Shown: positions 56,264 to 64,000 of the stretch, one piece after another
Layout: the number at the start of each line of letters is the position of its first letter
Position numbering within the stretch: the first letter of the stretch is position 1
Assembly: GCA_964624555.1 (NCBI GenBank)
Contig: CAZUXB010000004.1
Span: forward strand, 5,825-69,824
From: an uncultured Rickettsiales bacterium
Lineage (GTDB): Bacteria > Pseudomonadota > Alphaproteobacteria > Rickettsiales > SXRF01
Length of the DNA: 64,000 nt
Direction: 5' to 3'
Notes under the pieces: generated by a model
Database searches by the model: none
Told to the model about the DNA's origin: nothing
Seen by the model: only the letters and a program-made list of their open reading frames with translations
Position numbers and translations under genes: made by a program

Positions 56264-57184
56264 ATGTTTCCGTTCAAAAGAAAAAAGAATGAACAACCAC
56301 AGCAACAAGTAACTCCAAAGTGGATGATGTTCCTGGTTGTTGGTTTTGTCGCCTATGCACTGGTGACTGGCGATAAAAAAACATTTGTGGAGCCAACGCA
56401 GCCGGTAAATACAGACTCTGAAAAACCTACCGTGGAAAAAGCGCAGGATCATCCAGCCGCTGAAGATAAGTTGTTTAATATTGATGTATTGGCAGATAAG
56501 TTCCTACCGGAAGTAACCATTAACCTCAGTGTGCAGGATACTAAGGATGGTGAAGGGGAGCCTGCTGTTTGTGGCCAGACGGTAACGGTCGGCTATAGCT
56601 CAACTACTGAGGATAAGAAGGAAATTGAGAAAGACCAGAAAATTACCTTCCGGATTGGTAGCGGAAAGGCTATGCCGGCACTGGAAAAAGGTGTGCTGGG
56701 GATGCGCAGGAACGGAAAACGCACCATTACTGCCCCCGGCAAAATGGCATATGGGATAGAACAATATGCCCGGCCAGATGTGCCAGCCAAGGCTAATATC
56801 ATTTTTGAAGCAGAAATGCTGGATACAACACCCCCCTTGCCGGATTCTTCCGCTTTCAGGGTAATAGGCGATGCCTTGGATGATAGTAGCGAAGTATATC
56901 TTTGTAATTCCCAGGCCAAACTCAATGTTGTCATATGGGATGTGGCCGGGAAAAAGCTTTATGATTCAAAGGAAAATGGCGGTGAGCCGGTTAGTTTCAC
57001 CATAGGGGAATCCGAGGTGTTTATCGGGTTGGAGCAGGGGGCAATGCAGATGTCAGCAGGTATGCGCCGCAACCTTATTGTCCCACCATCATTACAGAAA
57101 ACCCTCAACGGTACCCCATCTAAAATTGATTTTCACCTTCCTAAAAACCAAACAGTGCTTGTGGATATTGAAGCAATACCTTAA
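56264..57184 (+). CDS. FKBP-type peptidyl-prolyl cis-trans isomerase, apparently two FKBP-like modules, N-terminal membrane anchor
   Basis: GQTVTVGYS...FRIGSGKAMPALEKGVLGMRRNGKRTITAPGKMAYG, and a second FTIGESEVFIGLEQGAMQMSAGMRRNLIVPP. Confidence 0.75.
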   Translation: MFPFKRKKNEQPQQQVTPKWMMFLVVGFVAYALVTGDKKTFVEPTQPVNTDSEKPTVEKAQDHPAAEDKLFNIDVLADKFLPEVTINLSVQDTKDGEGEPAVCGQTVTVGYSSTTEDKKEIEKDQKITFRIGSGKAMPALEKGVLGMRRNGKRTITAPGKMAYGIEQYARPDVPAKANIIFEAEMLDTTPPLPDSSAFRVIGDALDDSSEVYLCNSQAKLNVVIWDVAGKKLYDSKENGGEPVSFTIGESEVFIGLEQGAMQMSAGMRRNLIVPPSLQKTLNGTPSKIDFHLPKNQTVLVDIEAIP

Positions 57185-57219
57185 AAAGCGCTGTTTAATA
57201 ACAAAAACAAAGGAAAACC

Positions 57220-58422
57220 ATGTCTATTCTTGCCAACCGTCTTGACCTTGTAAAACCTTCTCCAACCCTTGCCGTTACTGCCAAAGCCGCCGAGCTTAAA
57301 GCCGCCGGGAAAGATGTTATCGGCCTTGGTGCCGGTGAGCCGGATTTCGATACGCCGGAATATGTAAAACAGGCAGCCTATGAGGCTATAAAAAATGGCC
57401 AGACCAAATATACTCCGGTGGCTGGAACACCGGCGCTTAAAAAAGCAATAACCGATAAATTCAAACGCGAAAATGGTCTTGAGTATGCGCCAAACCAGAT
57501 AGTTGCCGGAACCGGTGCAAAACAAATTATTTTTAATGCGCTGCTGGCAACCCTCAATAAGGGCGATGAGGTTATTATTCCGGCTCCGTACTGGGTTTCT
57601 TACCCGGATATGGTTCTGTTCGCAGAAGGAACGCCGGTGACTATTTCCGGTCATGAAAAAGACGGTTTTAAACTGAAACCGGACGTGCTGGAAAAAGCTA
57701 TTACCCCAAAAACCAAATGGCTGATTTTGAACTCGCCTTCAAACCCGACCGGCGCGGCCTATAGCAAAGATGAACTGAGGGCGCTGGCCGATGTGCTGCT
57801 TAAACACCCGCAGGTGATGATACTGGCGGACGATATCTATGAGCATCTGGTCTATGACGGTTTCAAATTCTACACCATCGCGCAGGTCGAACCAAAATTA
57901 TACGAGCGCACCCTGACGGTGAACGGTGTTTCCAAAGCCTATGCCATGACCGGCTGGCGTATCGGTTATGCCGGAGGGCCGAAACAAATAGTAACAGCTA
58001 TCGCCGACATCCAGTCGCAAAGCACCTCCAACCCTTGCTCAATAAGTCAGGCTGCTTCTGCGGCTGCGCTGAACGGTGACCAGGCATTCCTCGAAGACTG
58101 GAAAAAATCTTTTGCGGGCCGCCGGAATTTAGTGGTCGATGCACTAAATAAAATTCCCGGCCTGAGCTGCCTGAAACCAGAGGGCGCGTTCTACGTGTTC
58201 CCGAACATGACCAAACTGGTGGGCAAAAAAACTCCGGATGGAAAAACAATTTCTAATAGTGCAGACCTGTGCGAGTATCTGCTTGACGAAGCGCTTGTCG
58301 CCGCCGTTGCCGGTAGCGCGTTTGGCATGGAAGGTTATTTCCGCATCTCCTACGCAACCAGCGAGGCAATCCTCACCAAGGCGATGGAGCGCATTGCCAA
58401 GGCGTGTGGGGATTTAAAATAG
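57220..58422 (+). CDS. aatA: Aspartate aminotransferase (class I PLP aminotransferase, alphaproteobacterial AatA type)
   Basis: GAGEPDFDTP, NSPSNPTGA, SKAYAMTGWRIGY and FRISYATS. Confidence 0.9.
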   Translation: MSILANRLDLVKPSPTLAVTAKAAELKAAGKDVIGLGAGEPDFDTPEYVKQAAYEAIKNGQTKYTPVAGTPALKKAITDKFKRENGLEYAPNQIVAGTGAKQIIFNALLATLNKGDEVIIPAPYWVSYPDMVLFAEGTPVTISGHEKDGFKLKPDVLEKAITPKTKWLILNSPSNPTGAAYSKDELRALADVLLKHPQVMILADDIYEHLVYDGFKFYTIAQVEPKLYERTLTVNGVSKAYAMTGWRIGYAGGPKQIVTAIADIQSQSTSNPCSISQAASAAALNGDQAFLEDWKKSFAGRRNLVVDALNKIPGLSCLKPEGAFYVFPNMTKLVGKKTPDGKTISNSADLCEYLLDEALVAAVAGSAFGMEGYFRISYATSEAILTKAMERIAKACGDLK

Positions 58423-58482
58423 GATGACGGATTACTGATGACGGATGACAAGAATTATAACGTCATCCGACATCTGCTATCC
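58422..58482. repeat. Tandem-heptamer hairpin (GGATGAC units) exactly filling the gap between convergent aatA and pccA stops
   Basis: ggatgac ggattac tgatgac ggatgac, 12-nt loop, then gtcatccgacatctgctatcc. 17/21 complementary. Confidence 0.8.
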
Positions 58483-58483
58483 G

Positions 58484-60475
58484 CTAAGCCGCGAACTGGA
58501 TGATAAGCTGGTCGACGGCTACGGTGTCTTTTTCGCCGACTGCTATTTTGGTGATGGTGGTTTCGTGGTCGGCGTAGATGACGTTTTCCATTTTCATCGC
58601 TTCCAGCACCAATAATTCCTGACCGGCTTTCACCACTTCTCCTTCCTTCACACGGATGGCCTTTATAAGACCGGCAATAGGGGCGAGCAGGCGGTCTTTT
58701 TTGTTCTTATCTTTAGGTTTAGGCATGAACTGCGCCAGCTCGGCAACGCGCGGTGTGCGTACCCGGGCAACTACATCAGACCCGCCATAGGTCAGCGCAT
58801 AACCTTCCTCAAGATGTTTTATCTGCACCGAAACCGGTTTGCCGTTTACAGTTGCCTGAAACAGGCGGCGGCCAAGTTTCCACTGGGTCTTAACCGCGAT
58901 AAGCTTGCGGTTGTGGGTAATAAAATAGCCGTGCTCCTGATCAGGGCGGGCGTAGATGTTGTAATCCTCGCCATCAACATTGACCACCCAGCGCGCGCCG
59001 ATAGCGCGTTCGCGGCCCGGAGTCTGGCCGCTGATTTTGGCGGCACGTTCCGCGTCACGCAGGAAGATTGTAACGGCAGCACCCAAGAATATCTTGGTGG
59101 TTTCGGAAGTCAGTTCCGCCCCGATAAAGCCACCCGGATATTCCTGCTCAATGAAGTTGGTGGAAATATCACCAGTCTCAAAACGTGGATGGGAAAGGAT
59201 AGCTTCAAGGAAACTGGCATTGTGCGAGATGCCCTCGATAATAAAGGCGGCAAGGCCGTTCTTAAGTGTGTCGATCGCTGCCTTCCTGTTCTCCCCGTGG
59301 GAGCAGACCTTTGCGATCATCGGGTCGTAGAACATGCTGACCTCGCCACCTTCATAGATGCCAGTATCAATAAGTATGTTGTCAACATTCTCAGGTTCAA
59401 GATAGCGGGTGATGCGACCAGTTGAAGGCAGAAAACCACGTTTCGGATCCTCAGCATAGAGGCGTGCTTCCATGGCCCAGCCATCAAATTTAACGTCATC
59501 CTGAGTAAAGGAAAGTTTTTCCCCGGCGGCGATGCGAATCATCTGCTCGACAAGGTCGATGCCGGTAATTAGTTCGGTGACGCGGTGCTCAACCTGTAAG
59601 CGCGTATTCATCTCAAGAAAGTAGAATTTACCATCGGTATCCATGATGAATTCAACAGTACCAGCCGAGAAATAACCAACCTCTTTGGCCAATGCCACAG
59701 ACTGCCTGCCCATTTCAGCGCGAATAGCCGGGGTCAGGAAGCTGCTTGGTGCTTCCTCGATAACTTTCTGGTGGCGGCGCTGGATAGAACATTCACGCTC
59801 ACCGAGGAACAGTGTGTTGCCATGCTGGTCAGCGAGTACCTGAATTTCGATATGGCGCGGGTTCTCGAAGAATTTTTCTATGAATACGCGCCCATCCTTA
59901 AAGCTGCTGGCCGCTTCGGAGGCTGAGGAGAGCAGGCCGTCATGCAGTTCTTTGTCATTACGCGCTATACGCATACCCTTACCACCACCACCGGCGGCGG
60001 CTTTTATCATAACCGGGAAACCAATTTCTTTTACAACTTTTTTGGCCTCATCGTCAGAAGTGATAACATCAAGAGTACCGGGAACAGTAGAAACACCAGC
60101 CTTTATTGCAACTTTCTTAGATTCGATTTTATCACCCATTTTTTTAATGGAATCAGGTGAGGGGCCAATAAGGGTAACGCCAGCATCACGCAGGCGGCGG
60201 GCGAACTCAGCATTTTCGGACAGGAAGCCATAACCGGGATGCACCGCCTGCGCACCACTCTGGTCGATAGCATTCATGATGCTGTCAATATTCAAATAAC
60301 TTTTTATTGATGGCGATGGCCCGATATATACCGCTTCATCAGCTTCTTTTACGTGCAGTGCGCTGGTATCCGCTTCGGAATAAATGGCAACGGTTTTAAT
60401 ACCCATGCGCCTACAGGTCTGCATGATACGGACAGCAATTTCACCACGGTTGGCAATCAGGATTTTTTCAAACAT
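58484..60475 (-). CDS. pccA: Propionyl-CoA (acyl-CoA) carboxylase alpha subunit: biotin carboxylase + BCCP
   Basis: KILIANRGEIA, GGGGKGMR, ERECSIQRRHQK, LYAEDPKRGFLPSTGRITRY and the EAMKMEN biotinylation site; 663 aa. Confidence 0.88.
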   Translation of the reverse strand: MFEKILIANRGEIAVRIMQTCRRMGIKTVAIYSEADTSALHVKEADEAVYIGPSPSIKSYLNIDSIMNAIDQSGAQAVHPGYGFLSENAEFARRLRDAGVTLIGPSPDSIKKMGDKIESKKVAIKAGVSTVPGTLDVITSDDEAKKVVKEIGFPVMIKAAAGGGGKGMRIARNDKELHDGLLSSASEAASSFKDGRVFIEKFFENPRHIEIQVLADQHGNTLFLGERECSIQRRHQKVIEEAPSSFLTPAIRAEMGRQSVALAKEVGYFSAGTVEFIMDTDGKFYFLEMNTRLQVEHRVTELITGIDLVEQMIRIAAGEKLSFTQDDVKFDGWAMEARLYAEDPKRGFLPSTGRITRYLEPENVDNILIDTGIYEGGEVSMFYDPMIAKVCSHGENRKAAIDTLKNGLAAFIIEGISHNASFLEAILSHPRFETGDISTNFIEQEYPGGFIGAELTSETTKIFLGAAVTIFLRDAERAAKISGQTPGRERAIGARWVVNVDGEDYNIYARPDQEHGYFITHNRKLIAVKTQWKLGRRLFQATVNGKPVSVQIKHLEEGYALTYGGSDVVARVRTPRVAELAQFMPKPKDKNKKDRLLAPIAGLIKAIRVKEGEVVKAGQELLVLEAMKMENVIYADHETTITKIAVGEKDTVAVDQLIIQFAA

Positions 60476-60522
60476 TATTTACTCGACAGTTGCGCACTCG
60501 ATACTCGATTGGGCGGCTAAGC

Positions 60523-60652
60523 GTACTCGGTACTCGGTACTCGGTTATGGATTTCGAACGTGACAATTTGTACCTTGCAAAGTGCGGAAGTTCAACGCAA
60601 AAATGGAAGGAAATTATATTAAAAAAACACCGAGTACCGAGTACCGAGTACC
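60523..60652. repeat. Perfect 23-bp inverted repeat built from (TACTCGG)x3 / (CCGAGTA)x3, 83-nt spacer
   Basis: gtactcggtactcggtactcggt at 60523-60545 and accgagtaccgagtaccgagtac at 60629-60651. The right arm abuts the flgC stop. Further degenerate heptamers lie at 60479-60522. Confidence 0.9.
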
Positions 60653-61047
60653 TAGCTCAACATATCCAGCAGGTTCTGTTCTAACTGGTCGGCAATTTTT
60701 ATGGATTTCAGGTTCGCCTTATAATCATAAGAGGCAATCTGCATCTTCACCATTTCTTCGGCCTGATCAACATTGGGTGCTGATACAAAACCATAATCAT
60801 CGGCCTGCGGGCTTTCGGGGTCAAAATATTTTACAACCGGATTATTCGAATCACGAACCTCGGTACGTACGCCACCAGCGCCAAGAGATATCTGCACCAC
60901 ATCCTGCGGTATGTAGGGTTTGTTGGTGGTAACACCATTTACCTGTGTCGCTGTGCTGTCCTGGTTGGCAACGTTGCTGGCACTGACTTCAATACGCCTG
61001 GTCGCGGCGGCCATTCCAGAAAGGGCAGAACCTATAGCTGTGGACAT
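60652..61047 (-). CDS. flgC: Flagellar basal-body rod protein FlgC-like (orphan in this window)
   Basis: ALSGMAAATRRIEVSASNVAN...FDPESPQADDYGFVSAPNVDQAEEMVKMQIASYDYKANLK follows FlgC N- and C-terminal rod signatures. AAGAGGA SD. Confidence 0.75.
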   Translation of the reverse strand: MSTAIGSALSGMAAATRRIEVSASNVANQDSTATQVNGVTTNKPYIPQDVVQISLGAGGVRTEVRDSNNPVVKYFDPESPQADDYGFVSAPNVDQAEEMVKMQIASYDYKANLKSIKIADQLEQNLLDMLS

Positions 61048-61390
61048 AGTATCCTCTTAAATTTGCGCTCAAGCGCCGCGCAGGCTGCGCACCTCAATGG
61101 TGCTAGTCCTCACTTCGTTCGTCCAAAAAGACAAGCTGTGAAGCATAGTTAATTGTACACTAAAATTAATTAATCCGCTGTTAATTTATGCTGGCATTTT
61201 AGATTGTTATAATTGTCGGAACATTATATTTATATATCAATATATTATCAGGTGCGGAAGGCTGCGCGCAAATCTTAACAAAATCGTCATATAAAATCTG
61301 GAGATTTTGTTGTATACTAAGGAAAATTTAATATTGAACCAATTTTTCAGGGAATATATTTGTAGAAAATATATTTGCTTTAATAAATAA

Positions 61391-62602
61391 ATGACTGAAG
61401 TACAAAAAGAAAAAGGCAGCCAACCGGATAACGGACCGCGGGTTAGTGCAGGTTCTTTTTCTGTGGAACAGCCGTTGCCAAGCTCAGATACCCCGGTATC
61501 CGGCAACCTTGCCCTGGCTCCTGAGCCTGAGCCGCAATTATCCCTGGCCAAAGACCCGACAAAAATAGTGGCAGGGAGCGATTCCGCCGCCGCTAACGAT
61601 GCGGCAATGACTCCAGCCCAGCCCCAGCCCGAAGCAAAAATGAGCAAAGGTGAAAAGATTTTTGACTGGTCGGTGTATAAAGGATTGAACTACTGGGTGA
61701 ACCTGATCTCCTCTGTGCTGATTGCCGATTATTTTATAAATCCGGAAAGCAAGGGCCGACAGAATTTAGATAAATCTATCAGCCGGATGACGCAGGGGCT
61801 TACCAAAATGGGGGTTGCCCTGAAGTCGGCGCACCACAATAGTAAAGTAGGTCTGGAAACTTTTGCCTTGCTTTCCGGCGGAACATTGCTGCTTGTTCCC
61901 CTTAAACTTTTGGAGGACAGAAAGCGTAAGTCAGTTCACTGGATAAACAAGAAACTTGGCGTTGACCAGACCGGTGCGGATGGAAAAGAACTTACCCCTG
62001 ATGAGATACATATAGAAAAGGAACAGCCCAAACAAAGCTGGGCTAATGTCATCTGGCGGCGTGTACTTGCCTCTTTAGCTGTGGTTGGCGTAGGTCTTGG
62101 TGTCGACCATTTGGGGCGTGATGAAAAAACTATCCTGCCTGAGGAAAAATATGACCTGGGATTCGCAAAAGTCACCTATGATGCCAAAGTTCTTGGCGGT
62201 AAAGAACGTATAACTAACAATGTTTTTGGTGCAATAGACAAGGCAACAGAAGCGATAAGCGGCAAAAAGTTTGCGCCTAACGGAAGGGTGAGCCGCTGGA
62301 CAAAACTGTTTATTTTAGATTCGGTATTTACTGCTATCACTGCCGGAGTGATGTGGGTGACCAACGGTGCCAAAAAGGGAAAAATGCCTAAGGAAAAAGA
62401 TAATACCAATGATCCGAAAGTGATCGTTGATAAAGAGGATGATCTGGTCACCGCTGACGAAATTCCTGCTAACAGCAAAGCCTTCGCTGATAGGGTTGAC
62501 CGGAGGGTGAACAACCTTATCGATGCCAGGCGCGATGCTATGCCACAAAGCTTTGCGGAGAGTGTGAAATCTAATGAAGCAGCACCGGCTGTTGGGGTTT
62601 AG
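61391..62602 (+). CDS. Hypothetical membrane protein (403 aa) with a Pro/Ala-rich N-terminal region
   Basis: Long ORF with transmembrane segments YWVNLISSVLIADYF, LLSGGTLLLVPL, VLASLAVVGVGLGV and FILDSVFTAITAGVMWV. Confidence 0.6.
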   Translation: MTEVQKEKGSQPDNGPRVSAGSFSVEQPLPSSDTPVSGNLALAPEPEPQLSLAKDPTKIVAGSDSAAANDAAMTPAQPQPEAKMSKGEKIFDWSVYKGLNYWVNLISSVLIADYFINPESKGRQNLDKSISRMTQGLTKMGVALKSAHHNSKVGLETFALLSGGTLLLVPLKLLEDRKRKSVHWINKKLGVDQTGADGKELTPDEIHIEKEQPKQSWANVIWRRVLASLAVVGVGLGVDHLGRDEKTILPEEKYDLGFAKVTYDAKVLGGKERITNNVFGAIDKATEAISGKKFAPNGRVSRWTKLFILDSVFTAITAGVMWVTNGAKKGKMPKEKDNTNDPKVIVDKEDDLVTADEIPANSKAFADRVDRRVNNLIDARRDAMPQSFAESVKSNEAAPAVGV

Positions 62603-62617
62603 GAGCAGGAGTATTTT

Positions 62618-63691
62618 ATGGATAAACCAGTTGTTGAAAATCTTCCTGATGGAATTGATGCAACTGATTTAGCCAAGGCAATAAATAAGGTCCGTATCTC
62701 AGAAGGCATCACACCACAGCAGCTTGCGGGAGATGCAAAATTAAGTGTAGATATAATTCATAGGTTAAATAAAGACTATAGAACTCCTATTGGATTACTT
62801 TCCTTAACGCAGTCTCTGGCAGATTCAACTAAACTGGGCATAAAATCTCCGCAGGATGTAATTGCTATAGCCAATTCATTTCCAGATATTACCCGTGAAA
62901 ATGTTAATGAAGCGATTAAAACATTTGCCGAAAGGCAGAGAATTTCCATGGAGAAATTGGAGAGGCGAAAAAAAGAATTCCATCCTGCTGTTTATGATGC
63001 GAGTGGAAAATCTTTAAGAACCACTGATTTTATTAGCGAATATTATAAGGCAAAAGTACTTGGCTTTGCTTCTATAGGTGCAATGCTGGTTGCTGCACAG
63101 GAACTGGCACCAAGGGTAGATGATAATATATTTGCCAGCGCTGTAGATACTTGGACCAGTGAAATGGGTTTAAGTAAAAAATCATTATTAGGTGTTGCAG
63201 ATGTTCTCAGCAGAAATATACGGCCAGTAATAACAGGGAAATTAGGGTTTAACTCGGAACAGGAACTGGTTGATGCAGTTAATGCCTTGGAACCATTACC
63301 GGACAGGGAGAGCTATGGAAGATCTGTACGGATATTAAGAATGGAACAAGGAATGTCGTTACCAGAATTAGCAAAGAAGGTTAGATGTTCTAAATCGACT
63401 TTAGCTGCTATTGAGAATAATTTAATTAAAACTGATAGGAATGGCTATCAGACCATTCCTGAATCATCATGGTTAAGAAAGATACCTGAGCATCTTGGCT
63501 GTGATAACATGGCAGATGTTATTGAACAGGCTAAGGGGAAGTTTGAGCCACCCAAGAGGCCAAATCCTAATACAAGTAAAAAAGGACACCGAGCAATCAT
63601 AGAAGAGCGGGAGAAAGGGGCAGTCACAAATCAACGTTGGGTTGATTTAACTGGGCAGTCAAGACGTGTTGGAGAAAGTAGATTACAGTAG
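62618..63691 (+). CDS. Hypothetical protein with XRE-type helix-turn-helix segment(s)
   Basis: Starts 15 nt after the upstream ORF. YGRSVRILRMEQGMSLPELAKKVRCSKSTLAAIENN is a canonical XRE HTH. The N-terminal LAKAINKVRISEGITPQQLAGDAKLSVDIIHRLN is a second, weaker one. Confidence 0.65.
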   Translation: MDKPVVENLPDGIDATDLAKAINKVRISEGITPQQLAGDAKLSVDIIHRLNKDYRTPIGLLSLTQSLADSTKLGIKSPQDVIAIANSFPDITRENVNEAIKTFAERQRISMEKLERRKKEFHPAVYDASGKSLRTTDFISEYYKAKVLGFASIGAMLVAAQELAPRVDDNIFASAVDTWTSEMGLSKKSLLGVADVLSRNIRPVITGKLGFNSEQELVDAVNALEPLPDRESYGRSVRILRMEQGMSLPELAKKVRCSKSTLAAIENNLIKTDRNGYQTIPESSWLRKIPEHLGCDNMADVIEQAKGKFEPPKRPNPNTSKKGHRAIIEEREKGAVTNQRWVDLTGQSRRVGESRLQ

Positions 63692-63695
63692 AATA

Positions 63696-63732
63696 ATATA
63701 AAAAAAGGGCGACTTTTGCGAGCCGCCATTTT
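63696..63732 (-). terminator. Intrinsic-terminator-like hairpin, copy A of a duplicated ~38-nt block
   Basis: On the minus-strand RNA: ggcggc-ucgcaaaa-gucgcc followed by a U run. Confidence 0.5.
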
Positions 63733-63737
63733 CAATT

Positions 63738-63836
63738 TCTTCTCCCTCTCCCCTTGGGAGAGGGGCGGGGTGAGGGCTAGGTTGCAACATAATGATAGCA
63801 GCCCTCATCCTAACCTTCTCCCAGAGGGAGAAGGGA
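63738..63836. repeat. Three-stem palindromic element, copy flanked by duplicated terminator blocks
   Basis: ttcttctccctctcccc-ttg-ggagagggg, then cggggtgagggct...agccctcatcctaacc, then ttctccc-aga-gggagaaggg. Confidence 0.85.
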
Positions 63837-63873
63837 TATAAAAAAGGACGACTCATGTGAGCCGCCCTTTTTT
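63836..63873 (-). terminator. Intrinsic terminator of groEL, copy B of the duplicated block
   Basis: On the minus-strand RNA: gggcggc-ucacauga-gucgucc (7 bp including 2 G-U pairs) followed by UUUUUUAUAU. Confidence 0.6.
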
Positions 63874-63883
63874 GTTCTGGGAA

Positions 63884-63918
63884 CACTAGCCACTAATCAC
63901 TAGCAACTAGCCACTACC
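63884..63918. repeat. Single-arm array of five degenerate heptamers (CACTAGC) immediately after the groEL stop
   Basis: cactagc cactaat cactagc aactagc cactacc. I saw no complementary arm nearby. Confidence 0.75.
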
Positions 63919-64000
63919 TTAGTAGTCCATATCACCCATGCCACCCATTCCGCCCATGCCACCCATTCCGGCAGCGCCTGCGCCCGGTTTTTTATCTTCC
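63919..64000 (-). CDS. groL: Chaperonin GroEL, C-terminal fragment (gene continues beyond the window)
   Basis: Reverse complement translates to ...EDKKPGAGAAGMGGMGGMGGMGDMDY*, the characteristic GGM-repeat tail. Confidence 0.85.
   Translation of the reverse strand, partial: EDKKPGAGAAGMGGMGGMGGMGDMDY

Noticed and set aside
61237-61647. 136-aa minus-strand ORF upstream of flgC; could it be flgB?
   Set aside because: It has no rod-protein motifs, overlaps the 5' part of the better plus-strand ORF 61391-62602, and has an AT-rich low-complexity C-terminus. Judged spurious.
13326-63918. Could the short tandem-unit arrays be CRISPR arrays?
   Set aside because: The units are only 6-8 nt and directly abutting, with no ~30-nt spacers. 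Most arrays are paired with a complementary arm, and no cas genes are present.

Overview
This 64-kb chromosomal segment reads like an alphaproteobacterial, probably host-associated (Rickettsiales/Holosporales-like) genome; that placement is inference from gene content and order. Conserved housekeeping blocks are dapA-smpB, rpoN, spoT/rsh, ilvB, rimP-nusA-infB-rbfA...truB-rpsO-pnp, uvrD, prs-rplY-pth, ychF, aatA, pccA and the 3' end of groEL. Accessory material is interleaved with them. The main candidate system is an AT-rich ~6-kb defence island (7.3-13.3 kb) abutting the 3' end of tRNA-Pro(TGG). It holds a type I Thoeris core (two different TIR ThsB proteins plus SIR2-SLOG ThsA) inside a tight 5-gene operon. 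That operon opens with a YjzC-like mini-protein and closes with a CoiA-like nuclease. It is divergently paired with an overlapping WYL-regulator / nucleotidyltransferase (possible HEPN tail) gene pair, across a control region with two palindromes. The extra genes and the WYL-NTase pair are the parts I cannot assign to a described system. Other accessory content: a giant 2245-aa mosaic protein (M48-like protease, ABC1-like kinase fold, EF-hand loops), two orphan prepilin paralogues with conserved promoters, a GGDEF protein, a degenerate EAL protein, an orphan flgC, and an AT-rich 2-gene insertion inside the nusA-pnp block. The non-coding fraction is unusual in three ways. (i) About 15 intergenic hairpins or arrays have arms that are tandem runs of degenerate 6-, 7- or 8-nt units. 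(ii) A ~95-nt three-stem palindromic element occurs in 6 copies, one inserted in-frame in truB. (iii) GTCAT-terminated MITE-like palindromes donate stop codons or create false N-terminal extensions. I found no rRNA, CRISPR array, integrase or transposase. All calls come from reading the translations and sequence by eye; no searches were run.
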